This document shows positions 1 to 8,681 of a stretch of 64,000 nucleotides of DNA, one piece after another (within the stretch, counting starts at the first letter, position 1; the number at the start of each line of letters is the position of its first letter). The stretch comes from a virus: the IMG/VR virus record IMGVR_UViG_3300050821_008607, positions 1 to 64,000 of that record; one strand, 5' to 3'. Position numbers and translations under genes: made by a program. The notes under the pieces are model-generated. The model did not search any database and was not told the origin of the DNA. It saw only the letters and a list, made by a program, of their open reading frames with translations.

Positions 1-159
1 GCCCGGCTGCGGCAGGCTGCTGACGGACCCGGAGTCGGTGCTGCACCGTCGTGGTCCGCGGTGCCGGGCCGAGTTCGCCGCGCGGGGCTTCGACGTGGAG
101 CAGGAGATGCTGCCGGGTCTGTGGCCTGCGCTGGTACGGCCTGCCCCGTAGATGCACAA

Positions 160-175
160 TCGAACACATGCTCGA
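160..175 (+). promoter_or_regulatory. LexA (SOS) box overlapping a leaderless start
   Basis: TCGAAC-ACAT-GCTCGA fits actinobacterial TCGAAC-N4-GNNCGA; CACAAT -10-like hexamer directly upstream; ATG at 168. Confidence 0.75.
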
Positions 176-554
176 ACGCCGCCCTGGGATACCGCCCCAC
201 ACCTGGCCCCAGCAACTCCCACCACCCCACGACCCCACCCTGCCCTGGGCCGTGATCGCCTGGATCCGGGAGATCCTGCCGGCCGAGGAGTGGCGCGTGG
301 ACACCCTCAGCCGCCACCCGTGGGAGCTCGCCACGATGGGCATGACGGCCGTCGACCGCATGGTCGAGAGCCTGCGCGAATCCCACCGCGAAACCGTGCG
401 CCTCTACACCGGCATCCTCGGCGACGATGACATCCGCCGCCTCCTCGCCGCCCACGCCGCAGAGGCCCAGCGGCTCATGGTCCTGCGGGAGCAGATGAGC
501 GAGGTCGTGGACGCGCTCACCGCCATGGGCGCACAAGGCATCCAGCCGAAGTGA
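168..554 (+). CDS. Hypothetical protein, probably SOS-induced
   Basis: MLERRPGIPPHTWP...; WP..PP..W..E.LP....L.RHP.LA pattern recalled from actinobacterial hypotheticals. Confidence 0.7.
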   Translation: MLERRPGIPPHTWPQQLPPPHDPTLPWAVIAWIREILPAEEWRVDTLSRHPWELATMGMTAVDRMVESLRESHRETVRLYTGILGDDDIRRLLAAHAAEAQRLMVLREQMSEVVDALTAMGAQGIQPK

Positions 555-630
555 ACTGTCAGTGCTGCGCCGTAGCGTCGGAGACAGCGCACCAGGCCGC
601 CGAGGCGAGCGACCGGGAGCAAGGCGCAGC

Positions 631-668
631 AGTGTGGCCCGGTCCGAGGTACGGGACCGGGCCACACT
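631..668. terminator. Hairpin terminator between convergent genes
   Basis: AGTGTGGCCCGGTCC-N8-GGACCGGGCCACACT, 15-bp perfect stem. Confidence 0.7.
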
Positions 669-871
669 CACCTCGCTTCTTTCAAGCCCCAAACCTGGCG
701 GTAGCCGCACTCCGGAACGGAGCAGTGCATGCCGTCCCGGTGCGCAATCAGCACCATGTGCCATCCGTCATGGTCCAGGCTGCAGATCAGCGGAAGGTCG
801 GCGTTGGTCTGGTACGTGTTGATCGCGGCGATCTGATCGGGTGTCCACGGGGCCTGAAGCTCGTCAGCCAT
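668..871 (-). CDS. Hypothetical protein (Cys/His-containing)
   Basis: 67 aa, last gene of overlapping minus-strand operon. Confidence 0.65.
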   Translation of the reverse strand: MADELQAPWTPDQIAAINTYQTNADLPLICSLDHDGWHMVLIAHRDGMHCSVPECGYRQVWGLKEAR

Positions 872-1190
872 GCCGCCCAGTCTCCTGGTTGTTCGGAACG
901 GTTTCCGCGGCCGGCCCCGAACAACTCCCGAGCCGGGTCGCGTCGACAGCCCACGGCATCGCCGCCAGCAGCTCCATACGAATGCCCTCCCTCGGATCCG
1001 GGTCCTCCAGCCCGGCCTCTTCGAGCCGGGCGATGAGCCGGCGCCGGTCGTTCACGGACCGCTCGACCAGCCCCAGGTACATTCCCTGCACCTCCGCGAT
1101 CCGGGACCGGAGTACGGCGATGGTCTGCGCGGCCTCGGCGTTGGCGAGCAGCACGTCATGCAGGTCCGGGGTGGTGTCCGTGGCGGTCAC
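864..1190 (-). CDS. Hypothetical protein
   Basis: GTG start in GTGA overlap with upstream stop. Confidence 0.6.
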   Translation of the reverse strand: MTATDTTPDLHDVLLANAEAAQTIAVLRSRIAEVQGMYLGLVERSVNDRRRLIARLEEAGLEDPDPREGIRMELLAAMPWAVDATRLGSCSGPAAETVPNNQETGRHG

Positions 1191-1492
1191 CCCGGGGTCC
1201 CGGCCGGCTCGTAGGTCAACTCCAGGGCGGCCGGCGACAACGGGTAGAACTCGTTGAGCGGCCCCTGGACGACGTGGTGCCCGACGGGCACCAAGACCCA
1301 GCAGTGCTCCTGCGTGTTCCAGACGCGGGCCGAGGCGTAGACGCCGTCGGCCGGGTCGGGCCCAGCGAACAGGGGCGCTGATCCGCCGGGGAACGGGCCG
1401 CAGAACACCAGCAACTCGTCCAGGTTGTCGCCGTCCCATTCCAGGGTGCGGACCTTGACGGGCTTCTTCTGGCGCACGATCACTTCGGGCAT
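1187..1492 (-). CDS. Phage hypothetical protein (KKPV...W.G.N...FYP..TYE type)
   Basis: MPEVIVRQKKPVKVRTLEWDGDN...EFYPLSPAALELTYE; GAGGAG RBS. Confidence 0.75.
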   Translation of the reverse strand: MPEVIVRQKKPVKVRTLEWDGDNLDELLVFCGPFPGGSAPLFAGPDPADGVYASARVWNTQEHCWVLVPVGHHVVQGPLNEFYPLSPAALELTYEPAGTPG

Positions 1493-1680
1493 GGGGTCTC
1501 CTCGGGGGTGATGGTGCAGATGGCGCACCAGTCGACGGGCTGTTTGGTGCCGGGTTGCACGGACCAGCCCCAGGCTTTGGCGGCGGCCCGTGCGAGGCCG
1601 GGTGACACGTCGGACTTGGTGCCGGGCGTACCGCAGCGGTTGCAGGTGACGGTGTACGGCGGAAGCCGAGACACGGTCAT
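1480..1680 (-). CDS. Small zinc-binding hypothetical protein
   Basis: CxxC...GW...CxxC, 66 aa. Confidence 0.65.
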   Translation of the reverse strand: MTVSRLPPYTVTCNRCGTPGTKSDVSPGLARAAAKAWGWSVQPGTKQPVDWCAICTITPEETPCPK

Positions 1681-2303
1681 GGGGACGGCTCCTTCGGCGC
1701 GGGTGGCTTGCGGGGGTTGCCAAGCCCGGTCGGGCGCTCAGGCCCGCAGGCGTCGAACAGGGCAGCCACGGCCGCGCTGCTCGGGTACGAGGCCCCCTGG
1801 GGTCGCATGCCACGCACCCGGGCCGCATACAGCTCGGCGATCCACTCGCCGCCGTCGGCCGCCTCGCAGTCGCGCCAGGCCCGTTCGAGGATTGGGAGGC
1901 GTTCGGGGGTGATGTCCTCGGCGTCGGCGCAGCCCCATGCGAACACGTCGGAGACGTTGACCGCGATGCTGATCCGGGGCCCGTCGAGACTCAGGAGGAT
2001 CTGTTCGCTGGGGAGATCGGCGCGGCGGATCAGGTCGACGGCCGCGCGGAGGAAGTCGAGGTGGTCGTTCGCGGCCTGCTTGGCGTCGAGGAGCGGCAGG
2101 ACGACGGCGAGCGCGGCGTCGGCCTGCGCGTAGCAGTCGGAGCGCTCCTCGTCGGTGCGGTACCAGCCGCGCCCGTCACTCGCAGGGCCGTTGATGCGCA
2201 GCGCGAGCACCTCGGCCAGCTGCTCGCGGAGGTCGGGTTGGGGCTGGCCTGCCTCGCGTCGGCGAGCCTCGGCGGCATCGGCGATGAGACTGCGGTCAGA
2301 CAT
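1677..2303 (-). CDS. Phage hypothetical protein
   Basis: ATG in TGATG overlap; SDVFAWGCADAEDITP motif. Confidence 0.7.
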   Translation of the reverse strand: MSDRSLIADAAEARRREAGQPQPDLREQLAEVLALRINGPASDGRGWYRTDEERSDCYAQADAALAVVLPLLDAKQAANDHLDFLRAAVDLIRRADLPSEQILLSLDGPRISIAVNVSDVFAWGCADAEDITPERLPILERAWRDCEAADGGEWIAELYAARVRGMRPQGASYPSSAAVAALFDACGPERPTGLGNPRKPPAPKEPSP

Positions 2304-2671
2304 CAGGGCTGCTCCTTGGTCTTGCTGCGCTTGCCGCTGTACCAGGGCAGCGCGAGGCCATCGTTCTCGGCGCGGGGGACGAGATGGAGGTGGAGGTGGA
2401 ACACGGACTGGGTGGCTTCCCGGCCGCGCGAGGTGATCAGGTTCATCGGCCGGTCCGTCCAGCGCATCAGCTCGGCAGCGCGGCGCATGGTCGCCGCCGA
2501 CACCTCGGGGTCCGTGGCGAAGTCGGCGACGTGCCGGTCCGGGATCACCAGGACGTGTCCCTTGACCACGGGGCGCAGCGGGATGAAGGCCATGGCGTCG
2601 TGCCACCTGTGGACGAACGTGGCGGGCGCGCTTCCGGCGACGATGGCGCAGAACGGGCAGTCGGCGGTCAC
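2303..2671 (-). CDS. HIT-family nucleotide hydrolase
   Basis: CPFC N-terminus, GHVLVIP, histidine triad QSVFHLHLHLVPR. Confidence 0.92.
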   Translation of the reverse strand: MTADCPFCAIVAGSAPATFVHRWHDAMAFIPLRPVVKGHVLVIPDRHVADFATDPEVSAATMRRAAELMRWTDRPMNLITSRGREATQSVFHLHLHLVPRAENDGLALPWYSGKRSKTKEQP

Positions 2672-3018
2672 GGGGTCGGCTCCTCGGTCGGGGTGTTGAT
2701 GGCGCGGGCCAGTGCGAGGGCTTGGGCGGGGATAGCGACGCGGGCACCGTCTTCGGCCCGGATCATCCACTCCAGCCAGTCGGCGAGCGCGAGCCCGACG
2801 GCGGGCTGCATCGCGGTGACGTACTCGCTGACGCCACCCCAGAACGCCATCAGGACGGGCCGCTCCTCGCCAGGGACCGTCACGACGCCCTGCTTGGCCG
2901 GGTACGGCAGTTGCGTCCAGCCCTCGCGGACCGGGTCGGGCATGCCGTCCTCGTGCAGCAGGTAGCGCAATCGCTCGGCTGCGGCGCGGAGTTCGGCGGC
3001 GGGCGTGAGGTCAGGCAT
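2668..3018 (-). CDS. Phage hypothetical protein
   Basis: MPDLTPAAELRAAAERLR...M.PAVGLALADWLE. Confidence 0.7.
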   Translation of the reverse strand: MPDLTPAAELRAAAERLRYLLHEDGMPDPVREGWTQLPYPAKQGVVTVPGEERPVLMAFWGGVSEYVTAMQPAVGLALADWLEWMIRAEDGARVAIPAQALALARAINTPTEEPTP

Positions 3019-3213
3019 CGGGGTTCTCCCTGCGGGTCTGGTGGATCTGCACGGCGTGGTCGAGGCTGGTCGCTCCGAGGCGACGCCGGATCCGGGCGAT
3101 GGTGCGGCGGACGGCCTGGCCTCGACGCCGAGGCTGCGGGCGATGTCGCGCGTGCTGTATCCGTTGGCGGCAGCGTTGAGGACCTGCTCGTCGGTGGGAG
3201 GAAGGTCAGGCAT
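3011..3213 (-). pseudogene. LuxR-like HTH gene with a frameshift near 3117
   Basis: EQVLNAAANGYSTRDIARSLGVEA continues in another frame as AVRRTIARIRRRLGATSLDHAV..., stop at 3011. Confidence 0.65.
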
Positions 3214-3421
3214 GGTGGTGCTCCTTGCTGTTGCGGCGGATCTTGCGGGACTCCCACCAGCCGACCCGCTGCCAGTCGTGGTAGCGGCTGCCCATCAGCA
3301 GTCGCCAGTACCGGCCGCAGCCATCGCAGCGGCGCACCTCGCCCGGCTCGTGCTCGAACTGGTCGATGAAGCGCGGGAGGGGGCAGACGTGGCGGACGCC
3401 TGCCACTCGGGTGAGCGTCAT
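3206..3421 (-). CDS. Small Cys/His hypothetical protein
   Basis: HVC...CDGCGRYW; ATGA overlap. Confidence 0.6.
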   Translation of the reverse strand: MTLTRVAGVRHVCPLPRFIDQFEHEPGEVRRCDGCGRYWRLLMGSRYHDWQRVGWWESRKIRRNSKEHHHA

Positions 3422-3708
3422 CGCTGCTCCTCGGGGTGGTCGTAGTCGTGGAGTGCGTGGTGTGCGGCGTGGGCGACCGCGAGGCAGCGGCGCTCGGCGG
3501 CCGGGTTGAGGTGCGAGGACAGCAGCGGTGCGAGCTGCTGGGCGAGGTAGGCGATGCGCTGCGGCGGCAGGTACTCGGCGAGACTGCACGCAAGGTCCGG
3601 ACTGATCTGGCAGTCCTCGCAGCTACAGCCGCCGTCGGTGTGCTCGGCGAGCAGGCCGCCGCAGTTCGCGCACCAGCAGCTTGGGCAGCGGTCCGGCAGG
3701 TCAGGCAT
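3418..3708 (-). CDS. Cys-rich hypothetical protein
   Basis: Nine Cys in the N-terminal half. Confidence 0.6.
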   Translation of the reverse strand: MPDLPDRCPSCWCANCGGLLAEHTDGGCSCEDCQISPDLACSLAEYLPPQRIAYLAQQLAPLLSSHLNPAAERRCLAVAHAAHHALHDYDHPEEQR

Positions 3709-4165
3709 GCTGGCCGCCCTCCGCCACCGGGGCAGCGGCGACCAGCGCGGCCACGCCGATCCAGCCCTTGTGCCAGGCCTGGTCCAGCAGATAGGGCGAG
3801 CCGGGGTCGCGCTCCAGCCAGCCCCGGTGCCCGGTGACGGCGGCCAACCAGGCGACGCCGCGCGGGTGCGGGTCGCGCCAGTGCCCGGCCTGCCGGTCGG
3901 CGACGTAGTGCGTTACGGCGGAGATGGCCAGCGCGGCTGTGGCGCGGCGCCAGGTCAGGCCGAGGCCGAGCAGACGGTCAGCGGCGAGCAGGGCAACGGC
4001 CTGCGTCGCTGTGTAGGTGGCGACGTGCATCGCGCACGCCTTGGCGCCGGCGGGACCGGGCAGGCCCTTCGCGATGGCGTCCCGGTCCTGCTGAGTCCAG
4101 TGGTCCCCGACCTCGTGAGCTGCGGTCAGGACGGCGTACACGGCGGCGAAACGGGCGGCGCTCAT
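3701..4165 (-). CDS. DUF3307-like membrane protein
   Basis: HEVGDHWTQ...H...THYVAD...LDQAWH motif set with hydrophobic helices. Confidence 0.8.
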   Translation of the reverse strand: MSAARFAAVYAVLTAAHEVGDHWTQQDRDAIAKGLPGPAGAKACAMHVATYTATQAVALLAADRLLGLGLTWRRATAALAISAVTHYVADRQAGHWRDPHPRGVAWLAAVTGHRGWLERDPGSPYLLDQAWHKGWIGVAALVAAAPVAEGGQHA

Positions 4166-4422
4166 CGGCCGGCCTCCGGGGTGTCGCGGGGTGCGGCGGC
4201 CATGGACGCTGCGACGATCCGCGCCCCGTATTTCCCGGCCAGAGCCTCGGCAGCGGCCAGCGCGACACGGAGCCGGTCGACCTCGGCGAGCAGCTGCCCG
4301 CGATCGGCGGTGGCGTCGCCCTGCCCGACGGTCCGCCACTCCCCACTGTGCCTGCTGCGTTCGTGGCGCAGACGAATCGCAGCGAGCTGCTCATCGGAGA
4401 GCGGGGCGGCGGGCTCAGGCAT
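4162..4422 (-). CDS. Hypothetical protein
   Basis: LSDEQLAAIR...LLAEVDRLR phage-type motif. Confidence 0.65.
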   Translation of the reverse strand: MPEPAAPLSDEQLAAIRLRHERSRHSGEWRTVGQGDATADRGQLLAEVDRLRVALAAAEALAGKYGARIVAASMAAAPRDTPEAGR

Positions 4423-4699
4423 CGGCCTTCTCCCCGGCTCCGGTGGTGGAGGCGGCGACAGGGGCGACGTTCTGCCAGTCGCCGTCGTCGTCGACCGCGA
4501 TCGCGCCGCTCTTCTCGGCGGCATACGCGCAGCTGTCGCAGATCAGTCGGTCAGGCAACTGGATCCAGTCGTACTCAATGGCGGTCTGGACGGCTTCCTC
4601 GGCGGAGTCGTAGTGCATGGTGACGTACTCGCAGTTGGTGTAGTCGTTCTTGCAGTCGTCGCACTTGACGGTGAAGCAGGTGTGCTGAGCGGTGCTCAC
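4415..4699 (-). CDS. Zinc-binding hypothetical protein
   Basis: CDDC...CDSC; AAAGGA RBS before GTG. Confidence 0.65.
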   Translation of the reverse strand: MSTAQHTCFTVKCDDCKNDYTNCEYVTMHYDSAEEAVQTAIEYDWIQLPDRLICDSCAYAAEKSGAIAVDDDGDWQNVAPVAASTTGAGEKADA

Positions 4700-4754
4700 G
4701 GTCGTGGTCCTTTCGGTGCGGGCCGGGGTCGCGGTGACCCCGGCCGGGGTGAGG

Positions 4755-5207
4755 TCAGCGGGGCGGGGTCGCACGGGGCAGGCCACCAGCGCGGCGAACC
4801 TCGCGGATGGCCTCGGCGACATGCGGCGGGTCGGGGTTGATGGTGATCGTGCCGCTGGACGGGCGCACCACCTCGGCGTCGCCGTTGAGCAGCGCGACCA
4901 GATAGGCCGCCATCTCCTCCGACCACACCTCGATCCACGGCCGGGGGCAGCAGTCGTACAGGCCCAGGTCGTCCCGCGCGTCCGGGCCGAAGACGTCGGC
5001 GTCGAGCTGGTGCGTGGGCTGCGTGGTGCCGCCGAGGTCGGCGTCGAGGGTGAAGCTGCTGGCGGTGCATACGGGTGCGATGCCGCCCCCGTACTCGATG
5101 CTGACGACACGCCAGCGGACAGGGGCGTCGCCGGGGGCGTCGCCGGGGACGTCGATGGCGGTACGGGCTGCCGCGCGGAGGGCGGTCAGGTCGGTGGGCT
5201 CGGGCAT
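4755..5207 (-). CDS. Hypothetical protein
   Basis: 150 aa, GGAG RBS, GC3-rich. Confidence 0.6.
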   Translation of the reverse strand: MPEPTDLTALRAAARTAIDVPGDAPGDAPVRWRVVSIEYGGGIAPVCTASSFTLDADLGGTTQPTHQLDADVFGPDARDDLGLYDCCPRPWIEVWSEEMAAYLVALLNGDAEVVRPSSGTITINPDPPHVAEAIREVRRAGGLPRATPPR

Positions 5208-5238
5208 GGTTGGCTCCAGGTCGGGGCGGGCGGTGTGG

Positions 5239-6441
5239 TTAGGCGGCGGCGTAGGTGCTGCTGGTCAGCGATGCGAGTGCGCGCTCGCCGAGCCAGTGGG
5301 CGACGTTGACGGGAACGGCGTTGCCGATCTGTCGGATCTGCGCAGTGTCCACGCCGGCGAACCGGTGGCCGGCGGCAAAGCGCTGCGCCGCGGCTCGGGT
5401 GTTGATGTCGAGCATGTGGACCCGGCACTCGTCGACCGTGGCCCCGGGGTGGACCAGCATGTGATGGTTGCCCTCGGCGGTGATCGTGCTGACCGGCTCG
5501 TCCAACGACTGCACAGTGCAGTGCCTGCGCATGATCACGATGAACGGCTCGGCGCCGAAACGGTCCAGGCCGATCTGAATCTTGCGGCGCGTCTCCGCGA
5601 CGTAGGGCGTGAACACCTTCCGGTCCGCCCGGCCATCCGCCACCCGGGTCCCGCGCGGCGTCAGGTCCACGAACTCCCGGATGGACTGCACCACCGGCTC
5701 GACCCGCAGGTGGCAGCGCGGCGTCGGGCACACGTAGTGGTACTGCTTGCCGTAGGTGCCGACCTTCCGCACCCCGATCCGGTCGAACCGCGGCGCCCAC
5801 CGCTGCACCCCCTGCACGGGGCCGCAGTTCAGGCAGATGCTGTCCGGGCGCACCCGCAGGTCCGGGGCGGGCAGGCCCTTCTTCGAGATGCAGAACACGA
5901 TGCGGTTCCGCAGCTGCGGAGCGCACGGGTTTCCGGGGCCGGAGATGTGCGCGGCGTTGACCGACGCCAGTTGCACGGTCTTGCCCAGCGCCGTCCACAC
6001 GCCCACCCACGCCTCGAACAGGCGCCAGCGGGTGAAGAAGTCGGGGACGTTCTCGCCGCAGATCATGTCGAAGTCGTTGACCTCGTCCGCGCGGATCAGG
6101 TCCCAGGCGGTGGCGCGGGTGCGGGAGAACTCCGGTTCGGCCGCGGCGCCGTCGTCGTCGCCGAGCGCCGCGGGGCGCTTCGGGGTGGCGTTGCGGCCGG
6201 CGGGACTGATCTCGGTGCAGATCGGTGAGCCGACGAGGATGTCGGTGCGCGGGACGCTACGGAAGTCGAGGTTGTTGATGTCGCAGCGCAGGCCGCGCAC
6301 CCCGGGGAAGTTGTCGCGCAGGGTCTGCACGGCGGACTCGTCGTGGTTGGCGGCGAGGGTGGGGGTGAAGCCGGCGTCGGTGAAGCCGCGGACGTCGCCG
6401 CATCCGCCGGAGAACAGGTGGGTACTCGTCGGGCCGGTCAC
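5239..6441 (-). CDS. DNA (cytosine-5) methyltransferase
   Basis: LFSGGCG (motif I), SPICTE (IV), ENV (VI), PQLRNR (VIII), RQIGNAVP (X). Confidence 0.9.
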   Translation of the reverse strand: MTGPTSTHLFSGGCGDVRGFTDAGFTPTLAANHDESAVQTLRDNFPGVRGLRCDINNLDFRSVPRTDILVGSPICTEISPAGRNATPKRPAALGDDDGAAAEPEFSRTRATAWDLIRADEVNDFDMICGENVPDFFTRWRLFEAWVGVWTALGKTVQLASVNAAHISGPGNPCAPQLRNRIVFCISKKGLPAPDLRVRPDSICLNCGPVQGVQRWAPRFDRIGVRKVGTYGKQYHYVCPTPRCHLRVEPVVQSIREFVDLTPRGTRVADGRADRKVFTPYVAETRRKIQIGLDRFGAEPFIVIMRRHCTVQSLDEPVSTITAEGNHHMLVHPGATVDECRVHMLDINTRAAAQRFAAGHRFAGVDTAQIRQIGNAVPVNVAHWLGERALASLTSSTYAAA

Positions 6442-6489
6442 GGGGTGCTGCTCCTCGGGTTGGCGGGTCGGGGCGGAGGTCAGGCGGGG

Positions 6490-6690
6490 TCAGCGGTAGC
6501 CGTCGACCCAGCAGTTGGGGCAGATGTCCTTGCTGCCGCTGCGGTGCCAGCCCTGAGTGCGGAGGTAGGCGCGGAAGTCGGGGAGGAAGATGAAGCCGCC
6601 CGAGGTCTCGGATGGGGTCCCGCAGGGCGGTCCGTCGCGGCCGTCCCGCTTGGCGTCGCAGCGGAGGCGGTGGAGCTTCTCGGCGGACAT
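6490..6690 (-). CDS. Small zinc-binding hypothetical protein
   Basis: CD...C...GW...DICPNC. Confidence 0.65.
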   Translation of the reverse strand: MSAEKLHRLRCDAKRDGRDGPPCGTPSETSGGFIFLPDFRAYLRTQGWHRSGSKDICPNCWVDGYR

Positions 6691-6751
6691 GGCGTCGTGC
6701 CTTTCGGTCGGCGGGTCGGTGGTTGCGGGCCGCGCGGGCGGGGCGGGGCGG

Positions 6752-7132
6752 TCAGGCGGTCGGCCCGTCGGTCAGCAGGTTGCCGAGGTGGGCCAGGCTG
6801 CGGATCTCGTCGACGGCCACGTGGCCGCAGTGCGCGCAGGGCCGGACCAGGAGCAGGCGGCTCTTCTCGTCCTCGGCGTCGTAGGTGTAGCGGATGCCGA
6901 AGCCGGCCTTGCCGGGCAGGTCGGCCTCGGCGGCGAAGGTGTCGGACGGTTCCGCCTCGATGGGCTCGAAGTTCAGGGACTCGCTGGCGTCGCCGAGGAT
7001 CTTGTCGGCGGCTGTGTTGGCGTAGTGGATGGTGTCGGCCACGGTCTGGGCGTCGTAGGCCTTCTGCTGCTCGGCGTCGGCGAGTTCGGCGGCGTCGTAG
7101 GCGGCAATGGCGGCGGCGATGAGGTCGGTCAT
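6752..7132 (-). CDS. Hypothetical protein
   Basis: 126 aa acidic protein, C-terminal CxxC. Confidence 0.7.
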   Translation of the reverse strand: MTDLIAAAIAAYDAAELADAEQQKAYDAQTVADTIHYANTAADKILGDASESLNFEPIEAEPSDTFAAEADLPGKAGFGIRYTYDAEDEKSRLLLVRPCAHCGHVAVDEIRSLAHLGNLLTDGPTA

Positions 7133-7150
7133 GGCGGGCTCTCTCTCGGG

Positions 7151-7449
7151 TCAGCGGGGGGCGGTGCGGATCTGCTTGCAGGTGTCGCAGGTGACGTCCG
7201 CGAGGTGTTTCGCGAAGCGGGCTTCGGCCCAGGTCTTGTCGAACCCGGCCTGCGCGCCGCAGAGGGTCTGTGAGCCGTTCTCGCTGGCGCTGTACTTGGG
7301 GGGAGGTAGAAGCCGTTGCCCCACTTGAGGGCGGGGCGCTTGCGGATGTGGACCGGGCCTGCCAGGGCGGCGGCGAGGCGCTCCTCGCGCTGCCGTTCCA
7401 GGTCGGCGAGGTGCTGCTCCAGCAGGTGTCTGGCTTCGTCCTCGGTCAT
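7151..7449 (-). pseudogene. Zinc-finger hypothetical gene split at a C6 run (7298-7303)
   Basis: MTEDEAR...GFYLPP continues in -1 frame as KYSASENGSQTLCG...VTCDTC. Confidence 0.6.
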
Positions 7450-7458
7450 GGCGGGCTC

Positions 7459-7602
7459 CTACGCGGCGTTGATCCGGTCGGCGATCGCGCACACGGCGCG
7501 CCCGACGCGGTAGTGGGCGGTGGCGTAGCGACGGCGGATCGTGCGCTGGACCGAGCGGCGCAGCGAGCGGGCGGTGCGGCGGAGGCGGTAGGTGAAGGAC
7601 AC
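7459..7602 (-). CDS. 47-aa Arg-rich peptide (not in ORF track)
   Basis: MSFTYRLRRTARSLRRSVQRTIRRRYATAHYRVGRAVCAIADRINAA; AGGAG RBS. Confidence 0.65.
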   Translation of the reverse strand: MSFTYRLRRTARSLRRSVQRTIRRRYATAHYRVGRAVCAIADRINAA

Positions 7603-7611
7603 GGCGGGCTC

Positions 7612-7878
7612 CTAGGCGGGGTTGGGGGCGTCGGTGATGGGCTCGACGCGGGCGGCGTACACGGCTTCCCGGTGGGCGTCCATGGCCTCGTCGCGGCTCG
7701 TCGTCCACGTCGAGGACCGGTCGATGACGTAGCCGCCGACGACCCGGCCGACGTTGGCCTTGTCGGCGGAGTCGTCGAACACGACGGTGTCGTAGCGGCT
7801 GCGGCTGATCCGGATGGTGGACACGGTCAGCTCGCGGTCGGCGTTCTTGACCGGGGTGTAGGCGATGGTCTCGTTCAT
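7612..7878 (-). CDS. Hypothetical protein
   Basis: MNETIAYTP...VSTI...YDTVVF...EAMDAH; AGGAG RBS. Confidence 0.7.
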   Translation of the reverse strand: MNETIAYTPVKNADRELTVSTIRISRSRYDTVVFDDSADKANVGRVVGGYVIDRSSTWTTSRDEAMDAHREAVYAARVEPITDAPNPA

Positions 7879-7886
7879 CGGGGCTC

Positions 7887-8246
7887 CTAGGCCGCGAGCA
7901 GCAGGTGGGCGCGGGCGATCTTGTAGGCGGGGACCCTCGGCCGGTACTGGGCGGCCATGCGGGCCACGTCGGCGGTGGTGTACCGGTGGGCGGTGACGGG
8001 CCCGGTGCGGCGGGAATGGGTGCGCCACTTGACCTGCATGTCGACCTCGCGGCCCGAGATGTCCAGGGCCTTGGCGGCGGTGCGGAGGGATCCGGCGACG
8101 GTGCGGGCCTGGCGCGGGGTGAGGCCGGCGGCAATCGCGTGGCTGGTGAGGGTGGCGTCGCCGGTGCGGCGGATGCGGCTTGCGGCCCGGGTTGCGGCGG
8201 AGCGGGTGCGGATGGTGCGGCGGGCGGTGCGAGCGGCTGCGTTCAT
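7887..8246 (-). CDS. Basic hypothetical protein
   Basis: MNAAARTARRTIR...YRPRVPAYK; first gene of a divergent operon. Confidence 0.7.
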   Translation of the reverse strand: MNAAARTARRTIRTRSAATRAASRIRRTGDATLTSHAIAAGLTPRQARTVAGSLRTAAKALDISGREVDMQVKWRTHSRRTGPVTAHRYTTADVARMAAQYRPRVPAYKIARAHLLLAA

Positions 8247-8268
8247 CAGGTCCCCCAGAAGCATCGGG

Positions 8269-8394
8269 AGCGATGATTTCCATCGCTTCTCCGTGGTGCT
8301 TCCAGTGTGCCTGAACCCGCCACATGATCGCAAGTAATCAGCGCTGATTGCTCTGCCTGATGATGGATGGTTCCCAGCGCTGCACTCCATCGCT
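8269..8394. promoter_or_regulatory. Two related operator palindromes in a divergent promoter region
   Basis: AGCGATG-N5-CATCGCT (8269-8287) and AGCGCTG-N5-CATCGCT (8376-8394). Confidence 0.6.
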
Positions 8395-8405
8395 ACTCTT
8401 GGCTC

Positions 8406-8681
8406 ATGGCAGACAAGCCCAAGCACGCCCGCATCGCCGCCATCGAAGCGGCCACCAGACAGTTCGAGAGAGCCCGCAAAGTCCTCGAAGAAGCGATCTT
8501 CGACGCCTACCGCGACCCGACCGTCAAGCGCACCCAGATCGCCCCTGCCTCCCCCTGGACCGCTGCCCACGTGCGCAAACTCGCCCGCGACAAGGGCATC
8601 GGCCCCGACCCGGCCTACGCCAAGCGAACCGAGACCGCCCGCAAGCACGCCGCCGAGGCTGCCACTCCCGCCGCCGACTAG
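8406..8681 (+). CDS. Small HTH-like regulator, leaderless
   Basis: IFDAYRD..KRTQIAPASPWTAAHVRKLAR; TACTCT -10 just upstream of ATG. Confidence 0.7.
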   Translation: MADKPKHARIAAIEAATRQFERARKVLEEAIFDAYRDPTVKRTQIAPASPWTAAHVRKLARDKGIGPDPAYAKRTETARKHAAEAATPAAD

